IMG/VR virus record: IMGVR_UViG_3300027672_001250
Location: 1-53,250 of that record
Source of the DNA: a virus
Taxonomy: Duplodnaviria; Caudoviricetes
Reading direction: 5' to 3' (one strand)
Length of the DNA stretch: 53,250 nt
Of this stretch, positions 17,972 through 27,303 are shown in pieces (the first letter of the stretch is position 1; every line of letters begins with the position of its first letter). The translations under genes and the position numbers were made by a program. The notes under the pieces were generated by a model. That model did not search any database, was not told where the DNA came from, and worked only from the letters and a program-made list of their open reading frames with translations.

Positions 17972-18673
17972 ATGAAATTATTTAAAGATTATATAACAGA
18001 ATCCTTTAAAAAGGAATACGGATACAGAGTCAAGTTTGCTGCTGATTGCGGTGCAGACCATATGGCCAAAGTTGAAAGTTGTTTAGCAAAATATAACTTA
18101 GTCAGTGCTACTCCTTTTAAAAGAACACCTATAGAAGAAAACCCAATAGAGTTTGTGCGTTACAAAGGCACACAATGCACTAGCGAAGTTTGTTCTTCTG
18201 ATATTATCCTAAAGTACCCAGTCAATGAAAGAATTTTAGAAGTATGGTTAGCAGTTAACTTAGGCTTAGATCACAGTAGAGTATTATGCTACGGTGTCAA
18301 CGATCCTAGACGTGTTGAAAGTGAAATGGCCGCAGAGCGTAAAATAAACGACGACGGAAGATTGGTTAATAAAGAAGAGGCAGTATTAGCACAAGAAGAA
18401 ATAACACATGAATCATACGAAGCCGCACAAGGCGCCGACGTTGACTTTGATCTATTCGGCGAAGCATACAACACTAAGTTTTTAGCAGAGTTAGAAAGAC
18501 TTAAAGCAGAAAAAGGTGCAGATTACTTTACTAACTACCCAACAAAATCTCAACTGATGGGTGATGACTTAAGAGCAATGCATGACGACATGATGAACCA
18601 ACCTAACATGGGTCGTACTGGCGAACAAACTAAAGAAGTTGATAATATCAGCCAAGCAAGCAACAAGGTTTAA
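17972..18673 (+). CDS. Hypothetical late protein, probably head-internal
   Basis: GATAAATA at 17932-17939; N-terminal MKLFKDYITES resembles T4-type head propeptides. Confidence 0.75.
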   Translation: MKLFKDYITESFKKEYGYRVKFAADCGADHMAKVESCLAKYNLVSATPFKRTPIEENPIEFVRYKGTQCTSEVCSSDIILKYPVNERILEVWLAVNLGLDHSRVLCYGVNDPRRVESEMAAERKINDDGRLVNKEEAVLAQEEITHESYEAAQGADVDFDLFGEAYNTKFLAELERLKAEKGADYFTNYPTKSQLMGDDLRAMHDDMMNQPNMGRTGEQTKEVDNISQASNKV

Positions 18674-18685
18674 CGGGAAAGTATA

Positions 18686-19111
18686 ATGAATAATCATGAC
18701 GAAAACAAAAGACTAATACAACTTATGGAAAATGCTATGCCAATGGCAGGCGAGCCATATGGTATACCAGATCAAGAAGAAGACAAAGAAAACGTTTCTT
18801 ACAGCAAAACCAAAAGAAAGGGTGATGCTAGTGTAACAGTTAGTGCAAATGCTTCAAGCATGCAAGAACTACATGACGTTTTAAGACTAGCAGGCATTAC
18901 ATTACCTAATCAAGAAGAGCCCCAAGCAGAGCCAGAAGCTGAAGTATCAGGTGACGAAGAGCCAGAAACAGCAGTAATTGTACACCCAGATCACGATGAA
19001 GAGTCTGACTCACCATGCGATGGCGGCGACGAAGACCCTGCTTACACCACCAATAGACAAACAATTATTGATAGACTCCGCGATACCCTGAAGGCCAAAC
19101 TCATTCGCTGA
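18686..19111 (+). CDS. Acidic hypothetical late protein
   Basis: 141 aa, E/D/P-rich. Confidence 0.75.
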   Translation: MNNHDENKRLIQLMENAMPMAGEPYGIPDQEEDKENVSYSKTKRKGDASVTVSANASSMQELHDVLRLAGITLPNQEEPQAEPEAEVSGDEEPETAVIVHPDHDEESDSPCDGGDEDPAYTTNRQTIIDRLRDTLKAKLIR

Positions 19112-19122
19112 TAAATATCTGC

Positions 19123-19947
19123 ATGTCAGATTTATATGTTAATGGTTCTAGTTATGCAACTGGGTGGAATGAAGAGTACAAAGATCTAAAATTTGTTACT
19201 CCTGCACCTAGTTATGCTGATTTTTTAGCAGAGTTGCTCGGATCAGATCAATTATACAAGCACTGCTATAACGGCAAACCCCCACAATCCTCAGTAAATC
19301 AAACCATAGAGTTTTGCAACGCATACAAGCAAAAGCATGGTTCATTGGAAAATTTAAAGGTTGTTATAGAGCTTACAACAGCACGATATAGACAGTGGCA
19401 AACGATTAAAGATAAAGATGGAAATGATGTACAACCAGTATCATTTCCATCAAGTGACAATATATTAGAATTAACGTTATACTTCATGCGTAGGTATATG
19501 GATAGCAATACCTTACAAGAACACGGTGAAGAAATAGCAATGTCAGACATTCCAGAAAGTGAACTACAAAAATACTATGACGAAGTAAAGATGTGGTATC
19601 CTTTTGAAATGACTAGTGTGGCAAGTAGAAAAGAAATATGGAAATTTGTTACAGATTGCGTTGGGCATTTATCTAGAGGGATAAAATACTTCGAAGATAA
19701 TAATATTGATTATGTGTTTTGGTGGGTAAATGGCAGAACACTTGGTACTAGAAGAATACTAGGCGGCATATCTGAAAAGTTAGGACCGCGAGTAATCTCA
19801 AACAAAAAGTTTAACGGTACAGACATAGTTGATCCTGATCCAGCGTCTTACAATGGTCACCCAGGGCACACAGGGCATAAAAAAATTGCACAAGGAATTT
19901 TTGAGTATGCTACTAAACACAACTATTTAGGAACTAACAATGGCTAG
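19123..19947 (+). CDS. SGNH/GDSL-like hydrolase, putative
   Basis: LYVNGSSYATG (block I-like) and GHPGHTGHKKIA (block V-like). GATAAATA (19110-19117) lies 5 nt before the ATG. Confidence 0.6.
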   Translation: MSDLYVNGSSYATGWNEEYKDLKFVTPAPSYADFLAELLGSDQLYKHCYNGKPPQSSVNQTIEFCNAYKQKHGSLENLKVVIELTTARYRQWQTIKDKDGNDVQPVSFPSSDNILELTLYFMRRYMDSNTLQEHGEEIAMSDIPESELQKYYDEVKMWYPFEMTSVASRKEIWKFVTDCVGHLSRGIKYFEDNNIDYVFWWVNGRTLGTRRILGGISEKLGPRVISNKKFNGTDIVDPDPASYNGHPGHTGHKKIAQGIFEYATKHNYLGTNNG

Positions 19948-21520
19948 AGGAACAGTAGATGCTAGTTTAATTAAGCAAGGCTATGCTAAAGTAGCATACA
20001 CACCTGAGACTCTACGAGACTTTAAAAACTGTGCTCAACCAGAAACAGGTTCATTATACTTTATGGTTAACCATATGCGTATACAGCATCCTACAAGAGG
20101 CGGTATAGACTTTGAACCATTTGATTACCAGTTAGACTTAATAGAAAACTATAACAACAACAGATTTAGTATTAACATGCTGGGCAGACAGATGGGTAAA
20201 ACCACTGTAGCAGCAGGTTACTTACTTTGGTTTGCAATGTTCAAGCCAGACAGTACAATACTAGTAGCGGCACATAAGCAGTCAGGTGCTAGTGAAATTA
20301 TGCAACGTATACGTTATGCATACGAATGTGCTCCTGATCATATTAGAGCAGGTGTTACAGAATACAATAAAGGTAGCATTACATTTGATAATGGTAGTCG
20401 TATTGTAAGTACTACAACAACTGAAAACACTGGACGTGGTATGTCCTTAACACTTATTTACTTAGACGAGTTTGCGTTTGTGCCTCCACGTATTGCTAAA
20501 GAGTTTTGGACAGCACTATCTCCTACACTAAGTACAGGTGGTGCTTGTATTGTAACAAGTACACCAAACAGTGATGACGATACTTTTGCACTTATTTGGG
20601 CAGAAGCAAACAAGCTGTTTGATGAGTACGGCAACGAACAGGACGTAGGTCGTAATGGATTTAAAGGATATATGTCAACATGGACTGCTCATCCTGAGCG
20701 TGATGACGAATGGGCGTCAGCGGAACGTGCAAGGATCGGTGAAGAAAGGTTTAGACGTGAACATGAATGCGAATTTATCATTTACGATGAAACACTTATC
20801 AGTCCATTACAATTAGTTGACATGCAGGGAGTTGACCCTGTAGGCAAAATGGGCGAAACACGCTGGTACGATAAGCCTAACCCTAACCACATATACAGTT
20901 TAACACTTGATCCAAGTAGCGGCACAGGTGGCGATAACGCAGCCATACAGATTATGAATGTGTCTACAATGACCCAAGTAGGCGAATGGGCACATAACAG
21001 AACACCAGTAGAAGGCCAAATGCGAGTAATGATGGAAATGCTTATATACTTGCGTGACAATGGTTGTAAAAACTTATACTGGACTGTGGAGAATAATACA
21101 ATCGGTGAAGCGGCACTTGTGGTTATTAGAGACACTGGAGAAGAGAACTTTCCGGGTGATTTCTTACACGACCCTAAGAAGATTGCAGGCAAACGTGGAC
21201 GCAAAGGATTCCACACAGGGCATAGAAGCAAGATGGAAGCATGCTTAAACTTTAAGCGTTTATTAGAACAAGATAGAATACATATTAAAAGTAAGGTACT
21301 TATTAGCGAATTAAAGAACTTTGTTTCCAGAGGTAATAGTTTCAAAGCAAAGCCTGGTGAGATGGATGACTTGGTAATGGCTATGATGCTTAACGTGCGA
21401 ATGATTAACTACATTAGTACATTCGAAGATGCTGTATACAGTGTAGTACACAGCGGAATTGTAGATACTGATGATTATGATGACGACGGCGATCAACCAT
21501 TGCCAGTTGGTTTCCTCTAA
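19940..21520 (+). CDS. terL: Terminase large subunit (T4 gp17-like)
   Basis: FDYQ, GRQMGKTT Walker A, IYLDEFAF Walker B, TSTP, LDPSSG, VENN, DDLVMA. Confidence 0.96.
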   Translation: MARGTVDASLIKQGYAKVAYTPETLRDFKNCAQPETGSLYFMVNHMRIQHPTRGGIDFEPFDYQLDLIENYNNNRFSINMLGRQMGKTTVAAGYLLWFAMFKPDSTILVAAHKQSGASEIMQRIRYAYECAPDHIRAGVTEYNKGSITFDNGSRIVSTTTTENTGRGMSLTLIYLDEFAFVPPRIAKEFWTALSPTLSTGGACIVTSTPNSDDDTFALIWAEANKLFDEYGNEQDVGRNGFKGYMSTWTAHPERDDEWASAERARIGEERFRREHECEFIIYDETLISPLQLVDMQGVDPVGKMGETRWYDKPNPNHIYSLTLDPSSGTGGDNAAIQIMNVSTMTQVGEWAHNRTPVEGQMRVMMEMLIYLRDNGCKNLYWTVENNTIGEAALVVIRDTGEENFPGDFLHDPKKIAGKRGRKGFHTGHRSKMEACLNFKRLLEQDRIHIKSKVLISELKNFVSRGNSFKAKPGEMDDLVMAMMLNVRMINYISTFEDAVYSVVHSGIVDTDDYDDDGDQPLPVGFL

Positions 21521-21536
21521 ATAGATAAATAGTATT

Positions 21537-22799
21537 ATGAGCGTAAATATCCCAGTAATAGCAGAAAAGACATTTAATGTACTAAAAGGCCTAGGTTTCG
21601 GTGTAGACAGTTTTAGTGCAGACGGCAAGCAGGTCATAGACCCAACAGAAGCTACTCGTTTTGTTGTAAGTGAGCCTAATATTCTAGTTAGACTAGACCC
21701 AGCTACAACTACCATGGTATTGAATACTAGTGAAGATTTAAGTGAACATAAAGTGAGAACAATGTTGAAAGATATTGCTCAAGACTACTTAATGAAATTC
21801 GACTACAAGATATTTGGTAAAAAATTAAAAGCTGTAGGAGAGAAACAGGATATCGCAAAACAAGCGGAGAAAGACATGGCAGATATTAAAGAAGGATTCG
21901 ACACAATGTCTGGGTCTAGTAAAACAAGTTATCAATCTTTAGACAATGTAAAGATTGTTGTTAAACATAAGAAAGCAGTTAATGAAGAAGTGCGTGGTTC
22001 AAGAAGTAGAAACATACACAGTATCTTTATACAACGTGGCGATGAAAGATTTAAACTACCTGAGAACAATTTAGCAATGGCTAGAGCAATGGCTCGTCAT
22101 GTGCAAAAGGGTGGTGAAGTATTTGATGAAGGTGCTACTAGCATTATCGAAATGGCACAGGATCTAAAGAAGCTCAGAGAATTTGTAAACTATGTTAGAA
22201 CAGCAAAAATCATGAACGAAGATAATGCAGAGTATGTACAACTAGCAGTAGAGAACATTGAAAACATTAAGAATACACTTAAGAAATTAAGTGGTGCTAA
22301 AACATACGAAACAACAATTGAAAACTTAGCTGCAACAGCAGTTGAGCTTTCTGAAGATGATGATATAGAGTTAAGAGACAAGTTTACTGTATCACATTTT
22401 GATGACAAAGTTGGTAATGTGTTAGGACAACTAAAATCATTATCTCTTAAGAAAAATGCATTTGAAAGTTACATTACAAAAGCAGTAGCAACAGAAACAT
22501 TTGCTAACTTAAAAAACTTACTACAAGAAGCTGATTTAGTAGACTTTGCTTCTGCAGAAGCAAGACTAGGACACCAAGTTAATCAACTAAGTTATGCAGC
22601 CAACGATGCTAAACTAGCTGAGTACTTACAGGGTGTTAGTAAGAAGATTACAACAGGTGGTCAGTTGAACCAATTCGAGTACGGCACAATTAAGAGCTGT
22701 TTACTTGGTGCAACAACTAATACAACTACTGTACAAACTCCAGCAGTTGATGCAGGAACAATGTACGAAGACTTCTTAGAGCAATACGATATACTATAA
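21537..22799 (+). CDS. Late/virion protein of unknown function
   Basis: 420-aa ORF; GATAAATA (21524-21531) 5 nt before the ATG; possible internal start at 21876. Confidence 0.8.
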   Translation: MSVNIPVIAEKTFNVLKGLGFGVDSFSADGKQVIDPTEATRFVVSEPNILVRLDPATTTMVLNTSEDLSEHKVRTMLKDIAQDYLMKFDYKIFGKKLKAVGEKQDIAKQAEKDMADIKEGFDTMSGSSKTSYQSLDNVKIVVKHKKAVNEEVRGSRSRNIHSIFIQRGDERFKLPENNLAMARAMARHVQKGGEVFDEGATSIIEMAQDLKKLREFVNYVRTAKIMNEDNAEYVQLAVENIENIKNTLKKLSGAKTYETTIENLAATAVELSEDDDIELRDKFTVSHFDDKVGNVLGQLKSLSLKKNAFESYITKAVATETFANLKNLLQEADLVDFASAEARLGHQVNQLSYAANDAKLAEYLQGVSKKITTGGQLNQFEYGTIKSCLLGATTNTTTVQTPAVDAGTMYEDFLEQYDIL

Positions 22800-22843
22800 A
22801 AAGAACGTTGTGAAACGTCTACAAGAGTAGAAAACACCAATTT

Positions 22844-22867
22844 AAACCCGCCTAGTGCGGGTTTTTT
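22844..22867 (+). terminator. Intrinsic terminator
   Basis: AAACCCGC-CTAGT-GCGGG followed by T6. Confidence 0.85.
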
Positions 22868-22921
22868 CATAAATAAACATGTTAGAGAAAAATGTGTCAA
22901 CATTTAATACAAAATAAACGG

Positions 22922-22950
22922 TTGACTTTCTCTATCTAGGCAAGTATAAT
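22922..22950 (+). promoter_or_regulatory. Sigma70-type promoter for the ssb-uvsX operon
   Basis: TTGACT-17nt-TATAAT. A late-like CATAAATA also lies at 22868-22875. Confidence 0.8.
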
Positions 22951-22981
22951 AAACCCAGTTACGAGCAATTATGTAAGTAAC

Positions 22982-23008
22982 ACATATGGCACATATGGCA
23001 AACATGGC
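22982..23008 (+). repeat. Three tandem 9-nt repeats in the SSB leader
   Basis: ACATATGGC ACATATGGC AAACATGGC; the ATGGC core recurs at the start codon. Confidence 0.85.
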
Positions 23009-23026
23009 AATTAAAGGAGAAACATC

Positions 23027-24073
23027 ATGGCCTCATTAGCAGAAATCCGAGCAAAGCTCTCGGCAATGGAATCGAAAGGTTCAAATTCAAACAGCTCTCA
23101 ACAGAGCGACAACGCAATATACCCACACTGGAATATCGACGAAGGAACATCAGCAGTTCTTAGGTTTTTACCTGACGCTGATACTACTAACGATTTCTTT
23201 TGGGTAGAGCGACAAATGATTCGTCTCACCTTCCCAGGTGTATTAGGCGGAGAAAACAAACCAGTAACTGTACAAGTACCTTGTGGTGAAATGTATGGCG
23301 AAGTTTGTCCAGTATTAACTGAGGTTCGTCCTTGGTTTAAAGATCCGTCTTTAGAAGACATGGGTCGTAAGTATTGGAAAAAGCGTTCATATATCTTTAA
23401 CGGATTCGTTACTGATAATCCATTGAACGAAACAGCACCAGAAAACCCAGTGCGTAGATTTGTAATATCACCTCAAATCTTTAACATTATTAAAGCGTCA
23501 TTAATGGACCCAGATATGGAAAACATTCCAACTGATTACCTTAATGGTTCTGACTTTAGGGTTAGTAAAACTACTAAAGGACAGTATGCTGATTACAGTA
23601 CGTCTAAATGGGCTCGTAAAGAGAGTTCGTTAGATGAAGTGCAACTAGCCTCTATTGATACTAATGGTTTACATAATCTTAAAGATTACCTACCGGCAAA
23701 ACCTACAGCGGACCACTACAATGCAATCAGTGAAATGTTTGCAGCATCAGTAGATGGTGAGTTGTATGATCCTGCAAAATGGGGTAACTTCTACAAGCCA
23801 TATGGCGTTGAAGTTCCTGCAAATGCACCAGCACCTGGTTTACAAGCAACTGCGGCACCTGTACAAGCACAGGCACCAGTAGCAGCACCAGTAGCAGCAC
23901 CAGTAGCGGCTCCAGTAACAGCAGACATTCCGTTTGACGTTACACCAGTAGCAGTTGCAGAAGCGGCTCCAGTAGCAGCTCCAGTAGCAGCTCCAGTGGC
24001 GGCACCAGTAGCGGCTCCGGCTAGTACTGCTAGTGCAGATGATATTCTAAACATGATTAGAAACCGTTCTTAA
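23027..24073 (+). CDS. Single-stranded DNA-binding protein (T4 gp32-like)
   Basis: AVLRFLPD, PC.EMYGE.CP, KYWKKRSY, ADYSTSKW; Ala/Pro/Val-rich tail; AAGGAG RBS. Confidence 0.88.
   Translation: MASLAEIRAKLSAMESKGSNSNSSQQSDNAIYPHWNIDEGTSAVLRFLPDADTTNDFFWVERQMIRLTFPGVLGGENKPVTVQVPCGEMYGEVCPVLTEVRPWFKDPSLEDMGRKYWKKRSYIFNGFVTDNPLNETAPENPVRRFVISPQIFNIIKASLMDPDMENIPTDYLNGSDFRVSKTTKGQYADYSTSKWARKESSLDEVQLASIDTNGLHNLKDYLPAKPTADHYNAISEMFAASVDGELYDPAKWGNFYKPYGVEVPANAPAPGLQATAAPVQAQAPVAAPVAAPVAAPVTADIPFDVTPVAVAEAAPVAAPVAAPVAAPVAAPASTASADDILNMIRNRS
23872..24020 (+). repeat. 12-nt coding tandem repeats (APVA)n in the SSB tail
   Basis: Repeated GC(A/T)CCAGTAGC(A/G) units in two clusters. Confidence 0.85.
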
Positions 24074-24083
24074 GGAGACTGTT

Positions 24084-25190
24084 ATGCAAAGACCATTTGA
24101 CTTAACAAAGTTTAGGACGTCTGTTACTAAATCCATTAGTGGAATTAGTGCAGGCTTCCATGACCCACAGGATTGGATTAGTACAGGAAATCTTACACTA
24201 AATTATCTTATAAGTGGAGACTTTAATAAAGGTATCCCACTAGGTAAAGTTAGTGTGTTTGCAGGTGAGTCTGGATCAGGTAAAAGTTTTATCTGTTCAG
24301 GCAACATTGCAAAGGCAGCACAAGATCATGGCTGTCAGGTAGTACTGTTTGATTCAGAAAACGCACTTGACGAAGATTGGCTACAAGCATTAGATGTAGA
24401 TACTACTCCTGAGAAACTTCTCAAGATAGGTGTCAGCATGATCGATGATGTTGCTAAAACTTTAAGTGACTTTATGAAGGACTATAAAACTAACTACAGC
24501 GATCTTCCTTACGAAGAAATGCCTAAACTACTATTTGTTATAGATAGCTTGGGTATGTTGTTAACACCAACTGATGTGAATCAGTTTGAAAAAGGTGACA
24601 TGAAAGGTGATATGGGCAGAAAGCCTAAAGCACTTACAGCACTTGTTCGTAACATGGTTAATCAGATTGCACCGTTCCCAGTAGGTATTGTTGCAACTAA
24701 TCATACTTATGCATCACAAGATATGTTTGATCCAGATGATAAAATCTCAGGCGGTCAGGGCTTTATCTATGCATCCAGTATCGTAGTTGCAATGCGTAAA
24801 CTTAAACTCAAGGAAGACTTAGATGGTAACAAAGTCTCAACCGTACAAGGCATCCGTGCCGCATGTAAAGTTGTGAAGTCACGTTACAGTAAGCCATTCG
24901 AAGGTGTACAGATTAAGATTCCTTACGAGAGCGGCATGGACCCATACAGCGGTTTGGTTGATATGTTAGAAGCTAAAGGACTACTTGCGAAAGTAGGTAA
25001 CAAGCTATCTTATGTGTCACCAGTAACAGGCGAAGAAATCAAAGAGTTCAGGAAAGGTTGGACTAGTGAGAAACTTCAAGTTGTTATCGATGAATGGGAA
25101 ATGAATCCAGAAGCAGAAGCAATAGATGTCGGCGACATGGATGGAGATGATATGCTAGATCAAATGGAGGATATGGCAGATGAATCATGA
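24084..25190 (+). CDS. uvsX: RecA/UvsX-like recombinase
   Basis: ISTG, GIPLGK, GESGSGKS, FDSENA, VIDSLG, TNHTY, SGGQG..YASS. Confidence 0.95.
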   Translation: MQRPFDLTKFRTSVTKSISGISAGFHDPQDWISTGNLTLNYLISGDFNKGIPLGKVSVFAGESGSGKSFICSGNIAKAAQDHGCQVVLFDSENALDEDWLQALDVDTTPEKLLKIGVSMIDDVAKTLSDFMKDYKTNYSDLPYEEMPKLLFVIDSLGMLLTPTDVNQFEKGDMKGDMGRKPKALTALVRNMVNQIAPFPVGIVATNHTYASQDMFDPDDKISGGQGFIYASSIVVAMRKLKLKEDLDGNKVSTVQGIRAACKVVKSRYSKPFEGVQIKIPYESGMDPYSGLVDMLEAKGLLAKVGNKLSYVSPVTGEEIKEFRKGWTSEKLQVVIDEWEMNPEAEAIDVGDMDGDDMLDQMEDMADES

Positions 25191-25422
25191 TGTTAGTTTT
25201 TTACATGAGTTATGGGATAGTGCAAAACACTTTATTCCTAAGAAAGACAAGCTACAAACCGCTGAAGTACTAGTTAGAGTATTCGATGATAACGCTGATA
25301 TTGGCGAAATCGAAGAAAGCATGAATGAGTTTGATGGCATAATGAAAGCAGCCATTGTATCTCATTTTGAGATTAGTTCACATGACGGCGAAGACGAAGA
25401 CGAAGACGGGGATTGGGATTAA
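25180..25422 (+). CDS. Small acidic hypothetical protein
   Basis: 80 aa with GGAGG upstream, between uvsX and the uvsY-like gene. Confidence 0.8.
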   Translation: MNHDVSFLHELWDSAKHFIPKKDKLQTAEVLVRVFDDNADIGEIEESMNEFDGIMKAAIVSHFEISSHDGEDEDEDGDWD

Positions 25423-25884
25423 ATGAGTACTTGGTATAACAAAGTTACTTCGAACCTAAGTGATATAGTTGGCGCTATTGGTCATTTTGAGAATGAACTT
25501 GAAGGTGCCAAGTACGAATGCCGAATCAAAGGAAGCCTAGAAAAAGCTAGTGCTTCCTTACCCGGTATCACCGAACACCGTTTTAATCAACTTCAAGAGA
25601 TCGAAGCCATTCTAGAACACTTAAACATTGCACTCCGAAAGGAACGCAGTAGTGTATTTAGAAAGTTCTTTGAGACATATAACAGACAACTTACTAGTAG
25701 AGATGCTGAAAAGTATGTTGACGGTGAGCAATCTGTTATAGACCTCTCACATCTATGCAACCAATTCGCTTTAATTCGTAATAGATATCTAGGCATCATG
25801 AAAGGCTTGGATACTAAGCAATGGCAGATTGGACATATCACTAAACTTAGAACAGCAGGTATGGAAGATATCACAATAGACTAG
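25423..25884 (+). CDS. uvsY: Recombination mediator (UvsY-like)
   Basis: 153-aa helical protein with DAEKYVDGE and KGLDTKQWQIGHITKLR..G; context after uvsX. Confidence 0.7.
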   Translation: MSTWYNKVTSNLSDIVGAIGHFENELEGAKYECRIKGSLEKASASLPGITEHRFNQLQEIEAILEHLNIALRKERSSVFRKFFETYNRQLTSRDAEKYVDGEQSVIDLSHLCNQFALIRNRYLGIMKGLDTKQWQIGHITKLRTAGMEDITID

Positions 25885-25887
25885 ACG

Positions 25888-25947
25888 TAAGTCATTGATT
25901 TATTTGTGATGTCTTTTACTTGACTTCCCACACTTTTACTGTATAAT
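25888..25947 (+). promoter_or_regulatory. IHF-like box plus sigma70-type promoter
   Basis: TAAGTCATTGATT (matches YAANNNNTTGATW) at 25888-25900; TTGACT-16nt-TATAAT at 25920-25947. Confidence 0.65.
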
Positions 25948-25978
25948 ATACATATAATGCAAAAAAGAGTAAGATAAT

Positions 25979-26128
25979 ATGTTAACGTTTATAGCCGCAC
26001 TCATACCAATATATATATTTTGGCGTGTACTCACTATGCCATTTAGGACAGATGATGGTGCTGAAGCGTTAGGTCAAGTCATTGGAATTGTATTATTTTT
26101 TAGTTTTGTTAGCTGGTTAATCGGTTGA
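25979..26128 (+). CDS. Small two-TM membrane protein, 49 aa
   Basis: Not in the ORF track: MLTFIAALIPIYIFWRVLTMPFRTDDGAEALGQVIGIVLFFSFVSWLIG*; has its own promoter. Confidence 0.65.
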   Translation: MLTFIAALIPIYIFWRVLTMPFRTDDGAEALGQVIGIVLFFSFVSWLIG

Positions 26129-26153
26129 CATTGACTGATTAATACTGTATAAT
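26125..26153 (+). promoter_or_regulatory. Consensus sigma70 promoter
   Basis: TTGACA-17nt-TATAAT. Confidence 0.85.
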
Positions 26154-26193
26154 AACTGTATTGTTTAAATTAATGCCTGTGGGAGGGCTAGAT

Positions 26194-27228
26194 ATGAGTA
26201 ACTTTGTAAAGATAGAAAACGGCGTATACCGTAACCAACCGATCGAAGGAGTATTTCCTTTGATCAAACCAACTCAACAAGGAAAGAAAGGATACTTTGT
26301 GACTGTAGATGCATCAGCATTATTAGGATCAGAGCGTACTTCAATCCGTGTTGTAGTACCAACACTAGCAAGTGTTGAACCTTTAACAGATGTTGAAGGC
26401 GAGAGTCTTGCTGTAACTGCTTCAGAAGCGAAAGAGGCTAAGCCTAAAGAAACTGACGAGCAGGCAATGATTAGAATTAGAGAGCGTTTTGCTATTCTAG
26501 ACCAAATGACTGATGCTGTAGCAAACGGTGTTGTCAGAGGTCTTATAGTAAGTGGCCCTCCAGGAGTTGGTAAATCATTTGGTGTTGAAAGTATCATCGA
26601 TATGTATGATGCAGAAACTAAACTCGCTGGTCGTCCACCGAGAACGGAAGTAGTAAAAGGTTCAATGACCCCAATTGGTCTGTACCAGACACTGTTTAAC
26701 AATTCAGCAAAAGGTGATATCCTTGTGTTTGATGACTGTGACAGTATCTTGTTTGATGAAGTATGCTTGAACATGTTGAAGGCAGTACTAGACTCAGGTA
26801 AGAAGCGTACAATTAGTTGGAAGTCAGAATCAGTTGCATTACGAAGAGAAGGCATTCCAGATAGGTTTGAGTTCTCAGGTGGTGTAATTTTTATTACTAA
26901 CGTTAACTTTGAAAATGTTCGTAGCAAGAAGATACAAGACCACTTAGCGGCACTTATGTCAAGATGTCACTACATGGACTTAGAAATGAACAGTGTTAAC
27001 GATCGTTTCCTTAGAATCCATCAGATTGTTGGAGACGGTATGTTAGACTGCTACAAGTTTGGCGAAGAAGGAAATGCAGAAGTCGTAGACTTTATGCATG
27101 AAAAGGCAAGTAGGCTTAGAGAGATATCATTAAGAATGGTACTTAAAATAGCTGACCTAAAACAAATGAGCCCGGACACCTGGAAAGGATTGGCCGAGAG
27201 CACTTGTATGAAGCGTTTGGGATTATAA
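26194..27228 (+). CDS. AAA+ ATPase
   Basis: GPPGVGKS Walker A, ILVFDDCD Walker B, IFITN sensor 1, ALMSRC Arg finger. ATG 26194 follows GGGAGG. Confidence 0.9.
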   Translation: MSNFVKIENGVYRNQPIEGVFPLIKPTQQGKKGYFVTVDASALLGSERTSIRVVVPTLASVEPLTDVEGESLAVTASEAKEAKPKETDEQAMIRIRERFAILDQMTDAVANGVVRGLIVSGPPGVGKSFGVESIIDMYDAETKLAGRPPRTEVVKGSMTPIGLYQTLFNNSAKGDILVFDDCDSILFDEVCLNMLKAVLDSGKKRTISWKSESVALRREGIPDRFEFSGGVIFITNVNFENVRSKKIQDHLAALMSRCHYMDLEMNSVNDRFLRIHQIVGDGMLDCYKFGEEGNAEVVDFMHEKASRLREISLRMVLKIADLKQMSPDTWKGLAESTCMKRLGL

Positions 27229-27268
27229 AATACTCCCACGGTAATAGTAGCCTAGACGCTTCACCCTA

Positions 27269-27303
27269 GTACACTCCCTAATTTTGGGGAGTGTGCTTTT
27301 TTT
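27269..27303 (+). terminator. Intrinsic terminator directly upstream of the TonB-dependent receptor gene
   Basis: GTACACTCCCTA-ATTT-TGGGGAGTGTGC followed by T7. Confidence 0.85.

Noticed and set aside
22982-24020. CRISPR array or mini-array
   Set aside because: The repeats are 9-12 nt tandem units without unique spacers; the longer set encodes APVA repeats.
25939-25956. LexA (SOS) box at CTGTATAATATACAT
   Set aside because: The spacing and right half do not fit CTG-N10-CAG; better explained as the -10 context ACTGTATAAT.
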